64,000 nt of DNA from a virus: the IMG/VR virus record IMGVR_UViG_3300025913_000027, positions 1-64,000 of that record. The stretch is one strand, 5' to 3'. The translations under genes and the position numbers were made by a program. The notes beneath the pieces were generated by a model. The model saw only the letters and a program-made list of their open reading frames with translations. It searched no databases and was not told where the DNA came from. Positions 18,953 through 28,227 of this stretch are shown here, piece after piece. Numbering within the stretch: position 1 is the stretch's first letter; every line of letters begins with the position of its first letter.

Positions 18953-18981
18953 TTGACAGGGGTCTAATGACACGCTAGGCT
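18953..18981 (+). promoter_or_regulatory. sigma70-type promoter of the tmRNA gene
   Basis: TTGACA-N17-TAGGCT; a CtrA half-site (ATGGTTAA) lies about 20 bp upstream. Confidence 0.7.
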
Positions 18982-18987
18982 TGCAAG

Positions 18988-19325
18988 ATGCTCGCGCATA
19001 GCGAGTGTGATGGTTCTGAATATCGAGGCAGACTGCGGTCAGACGCGGGGGCAGTACCCGCCGCCTCCACCAAGGACAGACAGGTGCGGTATGGATACCG
19101 TGCTCTACAAGCAGCGGAGAACCCTGAGAGGCTCCCCTGTCTGTCTCTGATGGGGGCGAAATAGGATCGATGGACGCTCGGGACGCCTCGGGGTTGAACT
19201 CGGCATGATACCGCCGTTATCGGGTCACCCCTATAAACGCCAACGACAATAACGTTGCCGTGGAAGCTCTCGCCCTCGCGGCGTAAGTGTTCGGGAGTTG
19301 GCCGCTTAGCAACAGAAAGGCCCGT
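18988..19325 (+). ncRNA. ssrA: two-piece (circularly permuted) tmRNA
   Basis: Acceptor piece with T-arm GCGGG-GGCAGTA-CCCGC and CGCCTCC-ACCA ending at 19072; intervening hairpin GACAGACAGG...CCTGTCTGTC; coding piece starts GGGGGCG at 19152 and forms a 7-bp acceptor stem with G3:U70; tag frame 19239-19286 reads ANDNNVAVEALALAA-stop. Outer ends are approximate. Confidence 0.95.
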
Positions 19326-19328
19326 CAG

Positions 19329-19352
19329 AGCCCAGCCGCAAGGCTGGGCTTC
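19329..19352. terminator. GC-rich hairpin ending the tmRNA transcript
   Basis: AGCCCAGCC-GCAA-GGCTGGGCT at a convergence point. Confidence 0.7.
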
Positions 19353-19356
19353 GTCG

Positions 19357-19743
19357 TTAAAAGGGGATGTCCTCGACAGCCGGAGCCGGGCGAGCGCGTC
19401 CCCGAGCCCCGGAGGGGTTTGGGCTGCGAGCCGTCCTGCGGTTCTGGGAGGGCGTTGCCCATTCGAGGTTCCACCGCTGGCAATTAAGGCTGTCCCCGTC
19501 GCCGTGGTCGCCCATGGTGTGTCTCGGGCTCGGCGGCAGCTTCAACGACCGGATCAGAATTTCCTTGTGGAGGTAATACTTGATCCGTCGCCCACCGTGC
19601 GTCTTCGTCGAGCGCGTAGCGTATGCCTTGCGCTTATGCCGGTCCCACGTGATTTGCCAGCGCCACTGGAGCGCCCATGCGTGGTCCTCGTCGGACACGA
19701 CCGCGCAGATCATGCAGTCCTTGTCAAGCCATATCCGGTTCAC
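19357..19743 (-). CDS. HNH endonuclease-like protein
   Basis: YLHKEIL...GDHGDGDSLNCQRWNLEWATPSQN; GTG start coupled to the upstream stop; ends VEDIPF. Confidence 0.8.
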   Translation of the reverse strand: MNRIWLDKDCMICAVVSDEDHAWALQWRWQITWDRHKRKAYATRSTKTHGGRRIKYYLHKEILIRSLKLPPSPRHTMGDHGDGDSLNCQRWNLEWATPSQNRRTARSPNPSGARGRARPAPAVEDIPF

Positions 19744-19943
19744 GCAATCTCTTCCGACGTGAACTCGGTGTGATAGGGAAGTCCGCACCGCTGGCAGCGG
19801 CCGAGGCACATCTGCATTATCCCGGGCAGCTCTTCGCCCTCGTCGAGCACGTGACGCATTGTGCCGTCCTCGAAGTGGACGACGTGATAGCTGATCGCGC
19901 ACTGGCACGTGAGCAGATCAGTTGTCGGTTTCTCGCCACTCAT
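19740..19943 (-). CDS. small Cys-rich protein
   Basis: CQC...CQRC; coupled to neighbours. Confidence 0.55.
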   Translation of the reverse strand: MSGEKPTTDLLTCQCAISYHVVHFEDGTMRHVLDEGEELPGIMQMCLGRCQRCGLPYHTEFTSEEIA

Positions 19944-20145
19944 CGACCTCTTCCTGTGTCATCGGCCGCACGTTTTCGAGCGGGCAGTCCTTGAGCGAGA
20001 TCGCGGTCAGTGTGGCCGCGTCGCTGAGCTTGATGTTGTCGAGGTCTTTCTCGGCAACGATAGCAGACCATCCGGCGACGAGGTCGGCATCGTCGCTCGT
20101 ACACATCCGCTGGAGGCGGAGCAAGAAGAGCTGTTCATCGGCCAT
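19918..20145 (-). CDS. hypothetical protein
   Basis: 75 aa with a GGAGG RBS. Confidence 0.6.
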   Translation of the reverse strand: MADEQLFLLRLQRMCTSDDADLVAGWSAIVAEKDLDNIKLSDAATLTAISLKDCPLENVRPMTQEEVDEWRETDN

Positions 20146-20437
20146 CGGAAGCCTCCCGTCTGCTTATGAGATCAGCCTGTAGCCAATCAGTCATGGCTTG
20201 GATAGCCGCCTTCGCGACGTGTTCGTGGGCCATCTTCTCGCAAAGCTGGCGCGCGGTCTCTCGGTCGTGGAAGCGAGCTACTTCGTCGCTCTCGCCGAGC
20301 TTGGCCAGCTCATAGCGTACAACGTGCGCCGGATCATCGCCGGGATACTTCGAGTAGTCGTAGAGCCCGTAGGCTCTCTGCGCCTGCGCGCGAACGATTG
20401 CGTCAGTGACAGCCTCAATTATCGTTTTCTTCGACAT
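20135..20437 (-). CDS. hypothetical protein
   Basis: 100 aa, packed in the operon. Confidence 0.6.
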   Translation of the reverse strand: MSKKTIIEAVTDAIVRAQAQRAYGLYDYSKYPGDDPAHVVRYELAKLGESDEVARFHDRETARQLCEKMAHEHVAKAAIQAMTDWLQADLISRREASDGR

Positions 20438-20549
20438 CCCCGCTCCATGGCGTTGCTGATACGATGTGAATGCACTCGGCGGTTCCGAGCCGTGCCGATC
20501 CGCCAGACCGAGCGCAATAGCTTGCGCTGTTTCTTGCTGATCTTATGCA

Positions 20550-20747
20550 TTACATTAAGTCCTCTATGTCGTTGCCACCGAGGTCGGCAAAATACTTGCG
20601 TCGATCCGCGACCTCGTTGGGCTGGATCGAATACTCAATACAGTGGATCAGGAAATCTTTGTCAACGCCTTTCGCGAGCGCCTTGCACAGAGCGACGCAA
20701 CGGGCGCGCTCCTGCTCGACATAGCTCATGATGGTGCTCTCGCTCAT
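20550..20747 (-). CDS. hypothetical protein ending DIEDLM
   Basis: 65 aa, ATGA-coupled. Confidence 0.6.
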   Translation of the reverse strand: MSESTIMSYVEQERARCVALCKALAKGVDKDFLIHCIEYSIQPNEVADRRKYFADLGGNDIEDLM

Positions 20748-20983
20748 TTGATCTTCTTGAACGCCAGATCGCAGGCTTCTTTACCGTGCTTCGCCACGAA
20801 CGCGCGCATCCTCAAGCGCGCCATCACGCGCGTAGCGTTGACACGCGAAGATACATCCTCAACGAGGTTCTCGAACTCTTCAAACTGCTTTTTGGTAAGC
20901 TTCTTGGGCGGCAGGAGGCTGTCCGCACCGAGGGCCTCAACCTGAGCTTTAAGATCATGTTTCACTTTAGGCATTTGGGACAA
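20744..20983 (-). CDS. hypothetical protein
   Basis: 79 aa, coupled to neighbours. Confidence 0.55.
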   Translation of the reverse strand: MSQMPKVKHDLKAQVEALGADSLLPPKKLTKKQFEEFENLVEDVSSRVNATRVMARLRMRAFVAKHGKEACDLAFKKIK

Positions 20984-21157
20984 TCCACATAGGCGTTGCG
21001 CTCGGCGTGAGCCTCGAAGCGATCACCGGAGGCAGTCGCGAACTCATTCGATGGACACTTTTCTTGCCAGCCCACTAGCCCGCATACCGTCACCGCTCGC
21101 GCCGGATGATATCCGAAGTCGATTATATGGAGCAAGTGAACGTCGCTGAGCTTGGGC

Positions 21158-21811
21158 CTAGACATGCGACCAATGGCTCCAGACCTGATACGCTTGCATG
21201 ATGCAATCGTAGACTGGATCGTGCGGTACGCCGGGAATGTCGAGCGCGTCACCGATGGGCACGAGCCGGGTCGCAGGCGTCTCGCGGCAGAACGTCCTCA
21301 TGTCGCGCGGGGCCTGATAGTGCCAGAGATCGACAGCGTTTGTCTCCATGACCGTGCCGCTCGCCGCCCACTGCTTATTAAGGCCGACGAGGTTGGACAA
21401 ATCGAATTGCGTGCCGTTCGCCCAGACGCGAGACTTGCCAGCGCAGAACTTCCGAATGAGGTCGAGCGCTGTTGCCACGTGAATTTGTGGGAAGTCAGGA
21501 TAGGACCAGTGGACGCGGGCCTTCGGGTCTTGTTTCAGCCACCAATCTTGCGTGCTCTTGCTGACCTCACGGCCGAGCGCGAGCTGCTGTTCTATGTTCA
21601 TCACGATCAGCGACTTCGAACCGATGCATAGCTGATTTACCGGCTCAGGGTCGAACTCGATCATTCCCACGGACAGGATCAGCGCGTTATGCGGCGATAG
21701 CGACATGGTTTCGATGTCGATCATCACATGATCGTAGCTCGGAATTTCGAACTCTTGCCCGCCCGCGTTCGGGCCTTCGCCTCGGGGCTCGTACTCAGAA
21801 TGGGATGTCAT
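21158..21811 (-). CDS. DEDDh 3'-5' exonuclease (Rv2179c-like)
   Basis: HVMIDIETMS...ILSVG, VWANGTQFDL, RDMRT, HDPVYD. Confidence 0.85.
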   Translation of the reverse strand: MTSHSEYEPRGEGPNAGGQEFEIPSYDHVMIDIETMSLSPHNALILSVGMIEFDPEPVNQLCIGSKSLIVMNIEQQLALGREVSKSTQDWWLKQDPKARVHWSYPDFPQIHVATALDLIRKFCAGKSRVWANGTQFDLSNLVGLNKQWAASGTVMETNAVDLWHYQAPRDMRTFCRETPATRLVPIGDALDIPGVPHDPVYDCIMQAYQVWSHWSHV

Positions 21812-22172
21812 CACTATCGTCCTTCGGCTGCTGATGGCTGATGGCTCTCCGCCGAGCAATGGCGATGCTATGCCAGTGTCCGACAACCGCGCGTTGCGCG
21901 TTAGTCTGGGCTACCGTATAGCCGTGTAAAAATGCGTCTGTCAACCATTTTCTGATCATCGATTTGCTGCGCCACTCGACGCCGCACAAATCCCTACGCG
22001 TCCACTCGTAGCATACCGCGCATGCGAGGTTCTTCGGCGGCCGGATATCGTGCTTGACCACGAACCGATAAGGCGCATCAGTGAGTTCGATGCACTTGTC
22101 GGCGAGCAGCGTCGCGACCTGTAGGTCGGAGGCCGTCTCGGGCAACTCCAGAAGTTTTTGTGCCGCGCTCAC
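21795..22172 (-). CDS. hypothetical protein ending DDSDDIPF
   Basis: GTG start at 22172 overlaps the upstream TGA. Confidence 0.6.
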   Translation of the reverse strand: MSAAQKLLELPETASDLQVATLLADKCIELTDAPYRFVVKHDIRPPKNLACAVCYEWTRRDLCGVEWRSKSMIRKWLTDAFLHGYTVAQTNAQRAVVGHWHSIAIARRRAISHQQPKDDSDDIPF

Positions 22173-22585
22173 GGCTCGTAACCGGCGCGGATGCATTTGG
22201 CCACTGCACGAAGCGAGTTCGCGCATGCCTCGACATCCTTGGCCGCTCGCTCCCACTTCGGGTAGACGCTCGTGACTTTCTTGAACAGCGGCCAGAGCGC
22301 ATGAGTGGTGTAGGTGCCGTCGAGCCGAATGCGCGCAGCGCTCGCCTCGAACCGCGCGGCCAGAGCTTCATTCAGCCGGGCGCACCGGTCGCGCTCATGC
22401 TGGACGGCATGGCTGACCATGTTGGAGAGTTCGTCCTCAGTCAGATTTGCCAAGACTTTGCCCTTTCGTGTTGGTGCAGGTATTGTCTTTCCGCAGACAC
22501 GAGTTGATCGGCAAGAAATAGAAGTCATTGCCGAGCCGCTCGTGACACTCGCAGTGATAGAAGCCGCTCTCGACAGACCGTTCAC
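22169..22585 (-). CDS. hypothetical protein, true start probably further downstream
   Basis: Coding-like C-terminal half (ERDRCARL...); coupled to the next gene. Confidence 0.45.
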   Translation of the reverse strand: MNGLSRAASITASVTSGSAMTSISCRSTRVCGKTIPAPTRKGKVLANLTEDELSNMVSHAVQHERDRCARLNEALAARFEASAARIRLDGTYTTHALWPLFKKVTSVYPKWERAAKDVEACANSLRAVAKCIRAGYEP

Positions 22586-22928
22586 GCTGTTGCGCGTCGG
22601 GCATGTGAAGGATGTTAGCGCCGAACTTGACTTCTCTCATCGTGCTAACCCCCACCAAATAAAAGTCCCCCAAATGAATGGAGATAGGATGATTAAAGCT
22701 GCCATGGCGAGGTCGGCTACTTCGTCGGTCATGCCCGTGGTTTCCTGCTTCTATTCAGCTCAGCGCACATGCGCCGCGCCTCTGCCCGCGTCGGCAATTG
22801 CACAATGCCAACAAGTGAAACTGGATGTTTCTCGCGTCCAACGCCCCAAGGATAATCCTTGTCGCTAAACTCTGCCGAGATTGCGTGCTTCGTGGTATTC
22901 AGGTTGATAACATACCACATGGGCCGCT

Positions 22929-24246
22929 TCATTCCCGTGGCCTCCCCAGCGTGATCGTGTAGAGCCCCGAAGCAGTCGTACCGTTTTGCGCGGAGACACT
23001 GACCACCGTCCAGCCCTCGGCGGCTTTGCGGTTCATCAGGTCTTGAGCCTCTTGCGGATAGCCGTAGATGACAATGACAGCGTACTCCATCACTTGAGCC
23101 CTCCGTTGATCCGATCTCGTCGATCTTCGGCGAGCACGTGCTCGAAGCGGACAAGCCAATCTTCAAGAAAGAGCCGTTGCCGGTCGAGCGCGCTATCAAT
23201 GGTTGATGCAGCGTCGCGCATTGTACTGGCGGCCGACCGCATGTTGTGGCCAGCCGTGCTGACATCCTCGGCACCGTGCAAGTGGACGCTATCCATTTTT
23301 GTGCCCTCTCCATACATCGAAGAGCGCGACCATGAGCCCGACCACGAGCATGAGCCCGAACGCCACGAGCACGCTTATACTTATGATGACCAGAAGCAAT
23401 GGAAACGATATCGGAAGCGTCAGCAGATACGTGCGCCGAGCCCAGCGCGGCCATGTGGACGGCCGGGAGAGCGTATCGCACCAATCAAACAGCTTAGTCA
23501 TCTATGTGCTCCATCCACCACGCGGCGAGCAACCGCGCCTGTTCCTCGGTATTGCAGACGATCTCGTCGTGGAGCACCATGCAGCCGATGCCGAGCGCGT
23601 ACTGACGGAGCGAGTGATACAGCCGCTCGGCTCTCCACGCCTGTTGCTTCAACGCTGAGATGTTGACGCGCATCACACGTACCGCTTGCGTTGGGCGTGA
23701 CGCTGGAGCGTCGTGACTGGCACTACCTTCGAGCCTTCGAGCTTCGCGATGAACGGGGTATAATTTGCCCCCTCCACCGCAGGCCGCTTGAACTCGTGCT
23801 TCGGACAATACTGTCCGGCGCGGTCGCGCTCGACCACTTGGAAAGCGTCTTCGTCCGACACGCGGACCGGCCCGGGCTGACCGACAACTCGAATGCACTT
23901 CGCCATCTCAATCTCCCAATAGTCCGGCGTCGCGCGCCAGACGGTAGCCGCGAACTAACTCTGTGATGTTCTCGACCGAGCAGTGTTGTATCAGCCGCGC
24001 AGCATCGGCGCGCACATGATCACCGTTGTTTTCAAATAGCAAGTCCCACTTGCCGTTCGTGTCACAGATCACGCCGTTGCTATGGTCGCACCCGAACTCG
24101 CGCAGCATCGGGCCGTCGATAGGATGCCGCCGCAACCGAGACAGATCGCTTTCGATCCGGTGAAGCTTCGCATTCGCAATCGTTTTACGCTTGGTCGTAT
24201 CGATGGACATCATATACACCGCTCGCTTTGCGTGATCGCGCACCAC
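22929..24246 (-). other. run of about six small hypothetical ORFs (22929-23159, 23090-23317, 23289-23501, 23673-23906, 23908-24246 and others)
   Basis: Tightly packed minus-strand ORFs; 23289-23501 is a TM peptide; no function recognised. Confidence 0.5.
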
Positions 24247-24325
24247 AAGTGCGCGCTGATCAACGGATCAAGTCCCACCGCTATAGCGATGGCAAGAATA
24301 GCTGTCAACATCCCCAGCACGAATT

Positions 24326-24745
24326 TCATCCCTCATTCTCCGAGACAGGGTTAATGTCCAAACCTGAAAATCTGTTGCCGGGCGTTGCGGGCTCTGCCTC
24401 GCGGATGGTGGTCACCAGCTCGCGAATGTTGACCGGCGCTCGACCTGACGACGCTGGCGCACCGTACTCCGGAGGCATGTAGCGCTCACGCTTCGCCTCC
24501 AGCTCATCCACACGACGATCCCAGTCTCGGCGGCGGTCGGGTATAAGCTGCTGATCGACGAACGCTCGCAGCCGTGCTACCTCGCCGTCAGTCAGGTTGA
24601 TGATGCCGACCGCCATCTCGCATTCCGTCCCCATGTTGTCCGCCGTGCGAGCGCGCTGGGCGACGAACTTGAGCGCTGGGAGTTTTGAAGCCATTGATCT
24701 CAATCCCACGGGTTGGGCTCGGCGGGGGCCGGACCGATGTGCCAC
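24326..24745 (-). CDS. hypothetical protein containing RFSGLDI
   Basis: Probable start MASKLP. Confidence 0.55.
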   Translation of the reverse strand: MAHRSGPRRAQPVGLRSMASKLPALKFVAQRARTADNMGTECEMAVGIINLTDGEVARLRAFVDQQLIPDRRRDWDRRVDELEAKRERYMPPEYGAPASSGRAPVNIRELVTTIREAEPATPGNRFSGLDINPVSENEG

Positions 24746-25122
24746 TGTCGCGTCTCATGGAAAGGACCCATACGCGCGATCTCATCCTCGGTCAAGCGGA
24801 GCCGCCGCATGATCTCGGCCGGGCTCTCGCCGGTTAGCTCGGTCAGCTTCAAAAGACTGCCGCGCGCCTTGGCCTCCCGCCAGTCCATAGCGTTCATGCT
24901 CATGGGGTTTGGATTAGCCCGCGCCGGGTCGAGCAGAGTTTTGATCAATCGCTCGTGCTTCCTGATCAAGCTCTCCCGTGTGAACTCGCGCCGGGGAGCG
25001 CGTTCGGGTTTATCGTACCCATATCGCCGGGCCATCCGCTGCACAGCACTGAGCCGTGCAGGGGGGTGTGCAGCGGGCACCAAAATGCGCTTTTTCGGCC
25101 TTTTTAGCATTTTCGACCTCAT
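24700..25122 (-). CDS. basic hypothetical protein, first gene left of the non-coding region
   Basis: 140-aa ORF. Confidence 0.55.
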   Translation of the reverse strand: MRSKMLKRPKKRILVPAAHPPARLSAVQRMARRYGYDKPERAPRREFTRESLIRKHERLIKTLLDPARANPNPMSMNAMDWREAKARGSLLKLTELTGESPAEIMRRLRLTEDEIARMGPFHETRQWHIGPAPAEPNPWD

Positions 25123-25486
25123 TTTTCAATTTCGCCGACCCGCATAAACATTGGCTTTCTTGCACGTCGGACTGCCGTTTTTAGGGGGTCTACCACCGCT
25201 CGGGGCCGAAGTCAAGCATTGCTAAGTCATTGACGTTGTTCGGATTGAGGTTTATCTGCACCGTGCAGACACAACTAAACACGGGTAAGCCTCGTGCGGG
25301 CTTTCTACAATCAAATCAATCAACTACGCAACTCCCATACACTTACAGCTCTTTTTCTGGGTTGATGGGGGATAATTACAGTGAGTAGCAGGTGGGAAAA
25401 CAGGCTTTACCTGTGTTGCATCGTTTTTCGCAGGCATTGGCTGGCCCTGCCACGCACCCTACAGGGGCAGTGATTTAGAGTTATGA

Positions 25487-25771
25487 TTAACGCCTTGAAG
25501 TGGCGCGTTAACCTTAACTATTAACCTTAATCCCGCACGAGCACCCATTAACCTTAATTCTTAACCACTTCGCACGCTATAAAGGCCCCTAAATGGCTGT
25601 TTTTATTAACCTTTATTGTTTACGTTAACGCCTGAGCCATGCAGTTTAGACATATCGCCCCCTTCCCTCACACGCTAACATATTGATATCACTACACTAT
25701 CTCAAAAATGTTCCATAAATGATCTTATGCGCGCTTCAACTATTTTTGTTAACCCTAATAATTAAGGTTAA
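25487..25771. repeat. AT-rich cluster of TTAACCTTAA-type repeats in the strand-switch region
   Basis: TTAACCTTAA at 25508, 25521, 25548; TTAACC 25561; TTAACCTTTA 25606; TTAACCCTAA 25749; inverted TTAAGGTTAA 25762. Confidence 0.8.
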
Positions 25772-25785
25772 TGCCAGCTCGTCAC

Positions 25786-25814
25786 TTGACCCCTCCCAAA
25801 GAGGGTGCTACCCT
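25786..25814 (+). promoter_or_regulatory. putative rightward sigma70-type promoter
   Basis: TTGACC-N17-TACCCT; a second TTGACA lies at 25953. Confidence 0.45.
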
Positions 25815-26020
25815 GTGCCCCGGCGAGTTACGGGGTAGGACCCCAAAATCGCGACGACCGGCCAGATGCTATGTGCCCTAGCTCATTCACACTTTCTCGC
25901 TTTTCCATCAAAATTCAGAAAAATAAAAATACGAATTTGGGAAAAATCCTCCCTTGACAGGAATTTAGAGTTTGTGCTAGGCAGGCGGTCCATTTCACAG
26001 ACTGCCGGAGGCCCGAGCCC

Positions 26021-26809
26021 ATGCCATCTATCCCCCGCCTTCGTCGGCAGATTGAGCAGTACGATCAGCTCGCTCAGCGCGACGGACCCGACAGCATCTA
26101 TCATGCGCTACGCGACGCGGCGCGCGACAAGCTCGTGCAGGCGATCAACGATGCACGCGGCCGAGCGCCATCCATCGTCGATCACACGACGCACGTTATC
26201 GTCGGCGATCACGCTCCCGAACCAAGGGTGTTCTGATGGCCTCGCGCTTCGACAACAGTCAGGCCTACGCAATCGAAGGTGATCTTCTGCGAAAGCTCGA
26301 ACGCGTCGCGGTGCGCCTTGGTGCAGAGAAGCCCATCACGTGGCAGGAAGGCCGCCGCCTGAGCGGCATCGTTATCCGCGTCTTGGATACCGCAACACAG
26401 ATGGAGCGATACGATGCCGAAGATCAGTGACCCGCTGCCCGAGGGCTATCCGAAACTGTTCGTGCATCAATCGGAGTGGACCGCCTTCGAGGCGGCCGGA
26501 TACGACATGCGCTTCTTCGAGCTGATCAAGCCGATCACCATCGATCATCAGATGCCGTCGAGCGCCGAGATGCGCGCGGAGACACGACGGCGGATCGATA
26601 CAGGCGAGCCGCTCGGCGCGTTCCACAATGCCGCGCCATTGCCGCCGGGCACGGTCGTCGCCGGTAGCCTCATGAAGCCAGACGGGTACGCGAACAACAA
26701 GTGGCCGCCTCAGCGGAAGCATATCAACTCCAAGCAGTGTGGGGGCAAAGAGGCAGCATGCCTCGCTGGCAAGAGCGGCCATTGCGTTGCCTGCGCGGAT
26801 GACGATTGA
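26021..26809 (+). other. three coupled small hypothetical ORFs (26021-26236, 26236-26430, 26414-26809)
   Basis: GGAGG RBS before 26021; overlapping starts and stops. Confidence 0.6.
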
Positions 26810-27117
26810 AGGAGAGCATCATGAGCGGCAGACCCGTTAACGAAGATCGACAAGCCGCAATCGCGTTCGGCCTGCGGACATATACCGGCACCGTGCATTC
26901 GAAGTGCGGCACCAATCAGCGCTATGTCTCCGGAGGCGCGTGCGTTCACTGCGCCCGGGTCATCGCGACCGAGCAGCGCGAAGCGAGAAAATTCCTGAAA
27001 GCACAGGCGAAGCTCGATATTGAATTGCAAGCCTCGCTTGACATCGAAGATCAAATGGTTTTAGAACAGGACGACGCCGAGGCCCGCGCGAGGCAGGCCA
27101 TTGAAGATTTGATGTAG
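26806..27117 (+). CDS. zinc-ribbon-like hypothetical protein ending IEDLM
   Basis: RQAAIAFGLRTYTG...KCG...RYVSGGACVHC; likely start ATG 26821. Confidence 0.6.
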   Translation: MKESIMSGRPVNEDRQAAIAFGLRTYTGTVHSKCGTNQRYVSGGACVHCARVIATEQREARKFLKAQAKLDIELQASLDIEDQMVLEQDDAEARARQAIEDLM

Positions 27118-27477
27118 ATGACCGGCATGGGCCGGTCGAGCCATGGAGCGAACATCATGACGGATAAATCCCCGAACTACATTGCGACCCGCGCCGATCA
27201 GGAGTTTCTTGAGACCGCTCGACCGCGCTCGCCGAAGTTTCCCAGCATCGGCGAGGCGCTGGAGCGCCGTCGTCAGCTCCGCGAGACCATCGCGGCGCGT
27301 GCGATGCTGATCTTCGCAGGCCTTGGGCTGCTCTACGCTCTCTTCTGGAGTAGTTTCGGTTGGGTCATCTTCGGCTTCAATCTTGTCGGCTTCATCATCA
27401 CGTGCTTCATCACTGGCAACCGTCAGTGGCGGAATGCGGGATCGCCGGGAGGCATCAATGGCCGACGACCGTTCTAG
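27118..27477 (+). CDS. membrane protein with two TM segments
   Basis: Two hydrophobic stretches. Confidence 0.55.
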   Translation: MTGMGRSSHGANIMTDKSPNYIATRADQEFLETARPRSPKFPSIGEALERRRQLRETIAARAMLIFAGLGLLYALFWSSFGWVIFGFNLVGFIITCFITGNRQWRNAGSPGGINGRRPF

Positions 27478-27651
27478 TGTTGACAAGGCTATCGATAACG
27501 ATAATCACATCTGGGCGCAAGAGCGCCATCGTCGCCGCGTGATGTTGATGCGCGAACTCGGAAAGACCAACCGCATGGAAGCTCGGATGCGCGTGTTGTG
27601 GATCGTAGCTGCCGTGCTCGGTATAATCGCTTTCGTAATGATGGGGCTGTC

Positions 27652-28227
27652 GTGACGACCACCTGTGATGTATGCCAAGGCAGCAAACGTATCCGAGTGC
27701 CGTCATATCGCGCGCTCAGCGACGACGGGGATGTGGGCGTGGGCTTCAAGGAGTTCGACTGTCCGCAGTGCGTGCCGACCGTACCGTATAGGCGCGTGCG
27801 AGCGGTGAAGATCGCGACCTCATACGAAGCCGAGACATTCGGAAAATTCCAGATGCCTATCGAGCGCGCCCTCGCGGCGCGGTTCGGCGAGTACCTGTTG
27901 CGCGAGGGGCTGATCCGGTTCTCGACGACAGGGTCGCGGGATATGGGACAGATGGATAGCAGGATCGGTATCGTCGCGCATCTCGGCGTCGTGTCGCGTG
28001 AAGACGTGACGCTCGCGGGCGCTGATGCCGAGGTCGCGCTTATCAGTCCTCCGCCTGTCCCGCGCAAACTGACAGACAGAGAGCGGGCGCGGCTGCGCGT
28101 TCCCGGGAACGCCGTTAGGTGGGAGCCGAAGCCTGCGCCGTGGGCAAAGGACGAGCCCACCACGGATGAGTTTGACGAACCGAAGGACGCCATCGCGGGT
28201 CGCTTCTCTGGATTGGAAATCTTATGA
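27652..28227 (+). CDS. hypothetical protein with N-terminal CxxC...CxxC, ending RFSGLEIL
   Basis: GTG start coupled to the upstream TGA. Confidence 0.65.
   Translation: MTTTCDVCQGSKRIRVPSYRALSDDGDVGVGFKEFDCPQCVPTVPYRRVRAVKIATSYEAETFGKFQMPIERALAARFGEYLLREGLIRFSTTGSRDMGQMDSRIGIVAHLGVVSREDVTLAGADAEVALISPPPVPRKLTDRERARLRVPGNAVRWEPKPAPWAKDEPTTDEFDEPKDAIAGRFSGLEIL

Noticed and set aside
19045-19072. T-arm plus CCA as a tRNA gene or an att-site remnant
   Set aside because: No anticodon arm; it is the acceptor piece of the intact permuted tmRNA, with phage genes on both sides and no integrase seen.
25487-25771. TTAA cluster as canonical full CtrA boxes
   Set aside because: TTAA units are 6, 7 or 13 bp apart rather than 11, so only half-sites are present; kept as an unexplained repeat.
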